Both the position numbers and the translations under genes were made by a program. Shown piece after piece: positions 29,265 through 29,901 of a stretch of DNA of 29,901 bases. Position 1 is the first letter of the stretch; each line of letters starts with the position of its first letter. The stretch is from Opitutales bacterium (GTDB lineage Bacteria; Verrucomicrobiota; Verrucomicrobiia; Opitutales; UBA2987): assembly GCA_965226885.1 (NCBI GenBank), contig CBDDEL010000004.1:1-29901 (forward strand). The letters run 5' to 3'. The notes beneath the pieces are model-generated. The model saw only the letters and a list, made by a program, of their open reading frames with translations, was not told where the DNA came from and made no database searches.

Positions 29265-29901
29265 TGTACTGTCAAAAAATTCAGCCCACATCTGCAAGTC
29301 ATTGATTTCAGGCGGCTTGTCGATAATAGTATGTTAACATGCCACCCAAGCGTTTCTTTGAGGATATGTCCCCGTCCCTGCTCAAGATCTCGGGTCTGAT
29401 CAAATGATTTCCGATGCCCTGATGGTTCCTCTCGGTATTGTAATGCTTCAAGTATTGGTTGATAGCCAGTTCCAGATGTTTCTCGCCCAATGGAATAATT
29501 CGGTTAAGGCATTCATATTTGATAGACCTCACGAACCGCTCCGCGTAAGCACTGCATTTCGGTGCCTGAACCGGACATAAGACTGTTTTAACCCCAAAGC
29601 TCTTCAACAGGTGCTTAAATGATTCAGTGAATTTCGTATCCCGATCAATGATCAGGTGTGTCTTGCCAATACAAATGCCATCGAAAGCATCTGTGAGCTG
29701 CCTGGCTACCTGCTTCATCCAGTCGCCGTCTGGTGAAACTGAAGTGCCGCAGATGTATACGGATCTGGTTGAAAGCTCGATTACGAAAAGAGTATAGAAT
29801 CTCACCATCCCTCTCAGACACAGCACTTCGGTTGTGAAAAAGTCAGCCGCCAGTAATCCTTCCCAATGAGCTTTCAAGAAAGTATCCCAATTGATTTTCG
29901 T
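29265..29901 (-). mobile_element. 3' part of an IS481-like element (continues beyond the window)
   Basis: Terminal TGTACTGTCAAAAAATTCAGCCCA lies 43 bp past the transposase stop. Confidence 0.75.
29308..29901 (-). CDS. Integrase-core (rve) DDE transposase, C-terminal part
   Basis: Motifs AADFFT, LIIDRDTKF, AYAERFVRSIKYECL and HYNTERNHQG. Confidence 0.85.
   Translation of the reverse strand, partial: TKINWDTFLKAHWEGLLAADFFTTEVLCLRGMVRFYTLFVIELSTRSVYICGTSVSPDGDWMKQVARQLTDAFDGICIGKTHLIIDRDTKFTESFKHLLKSFGVKTVLCPVQAPKCSAYAERFVRSIKYECLNRIIPLGEKHLELAINQYLKHYNTERNHQGIGNHLIRPEILSRDGDISSKKRLGGMLTYYYRQAA

Overview
This is a heavily rearranged accessory region; roughly 45% of it is insertion-sequence (IS) or MITE DNA. 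Its core is a Tn7-like transposon on the minus strand (tnsA, frameshifted tnsB, tnsC, tnsD/TniQ, 12610-19104). A divergent HTH gene lies between tnsA and a clear Tn7-type right end (TGT terminus at 22164). Ten bp further on, a second Tn7-type end with different TnsB-like sites faces the other way (22175). The cargo is an AAA ATPase split by an IS and a truncated PD-(D/E)xK nuclease resembling DUF2779 proteins. Three 1.82-kb IS5/ISNCY-like elements share 14-bp terminal inverted repeats (TIRs) with a 298-bp MITE (three full copies, one partial), and they stack in tandem at TA-N2/3-T(A/G) sites. Two IS1634-like elements sit at TTAA sites inside an IS4 and an IS630 transposase gene. Two fragments of an IS481-like (rve) element are also present. 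Remaining host genes are a VOC/glyoxalase, an enolase-superfamily dehydratase, a Zn-dependent dehydrogenase, an AraC regulator, a Gfo/Idh/MocA oxidoreductase and a broken sugar-phosphate isomerase. There are four perfect 16-35 bp tandem duplications and seven single-base homopolymer frameshifts, which may be sequencing errors. I saw no CRISPR array, cas gene, tRNA or rRNA. All family assignments come from motif recognition by eye, not from database searches.
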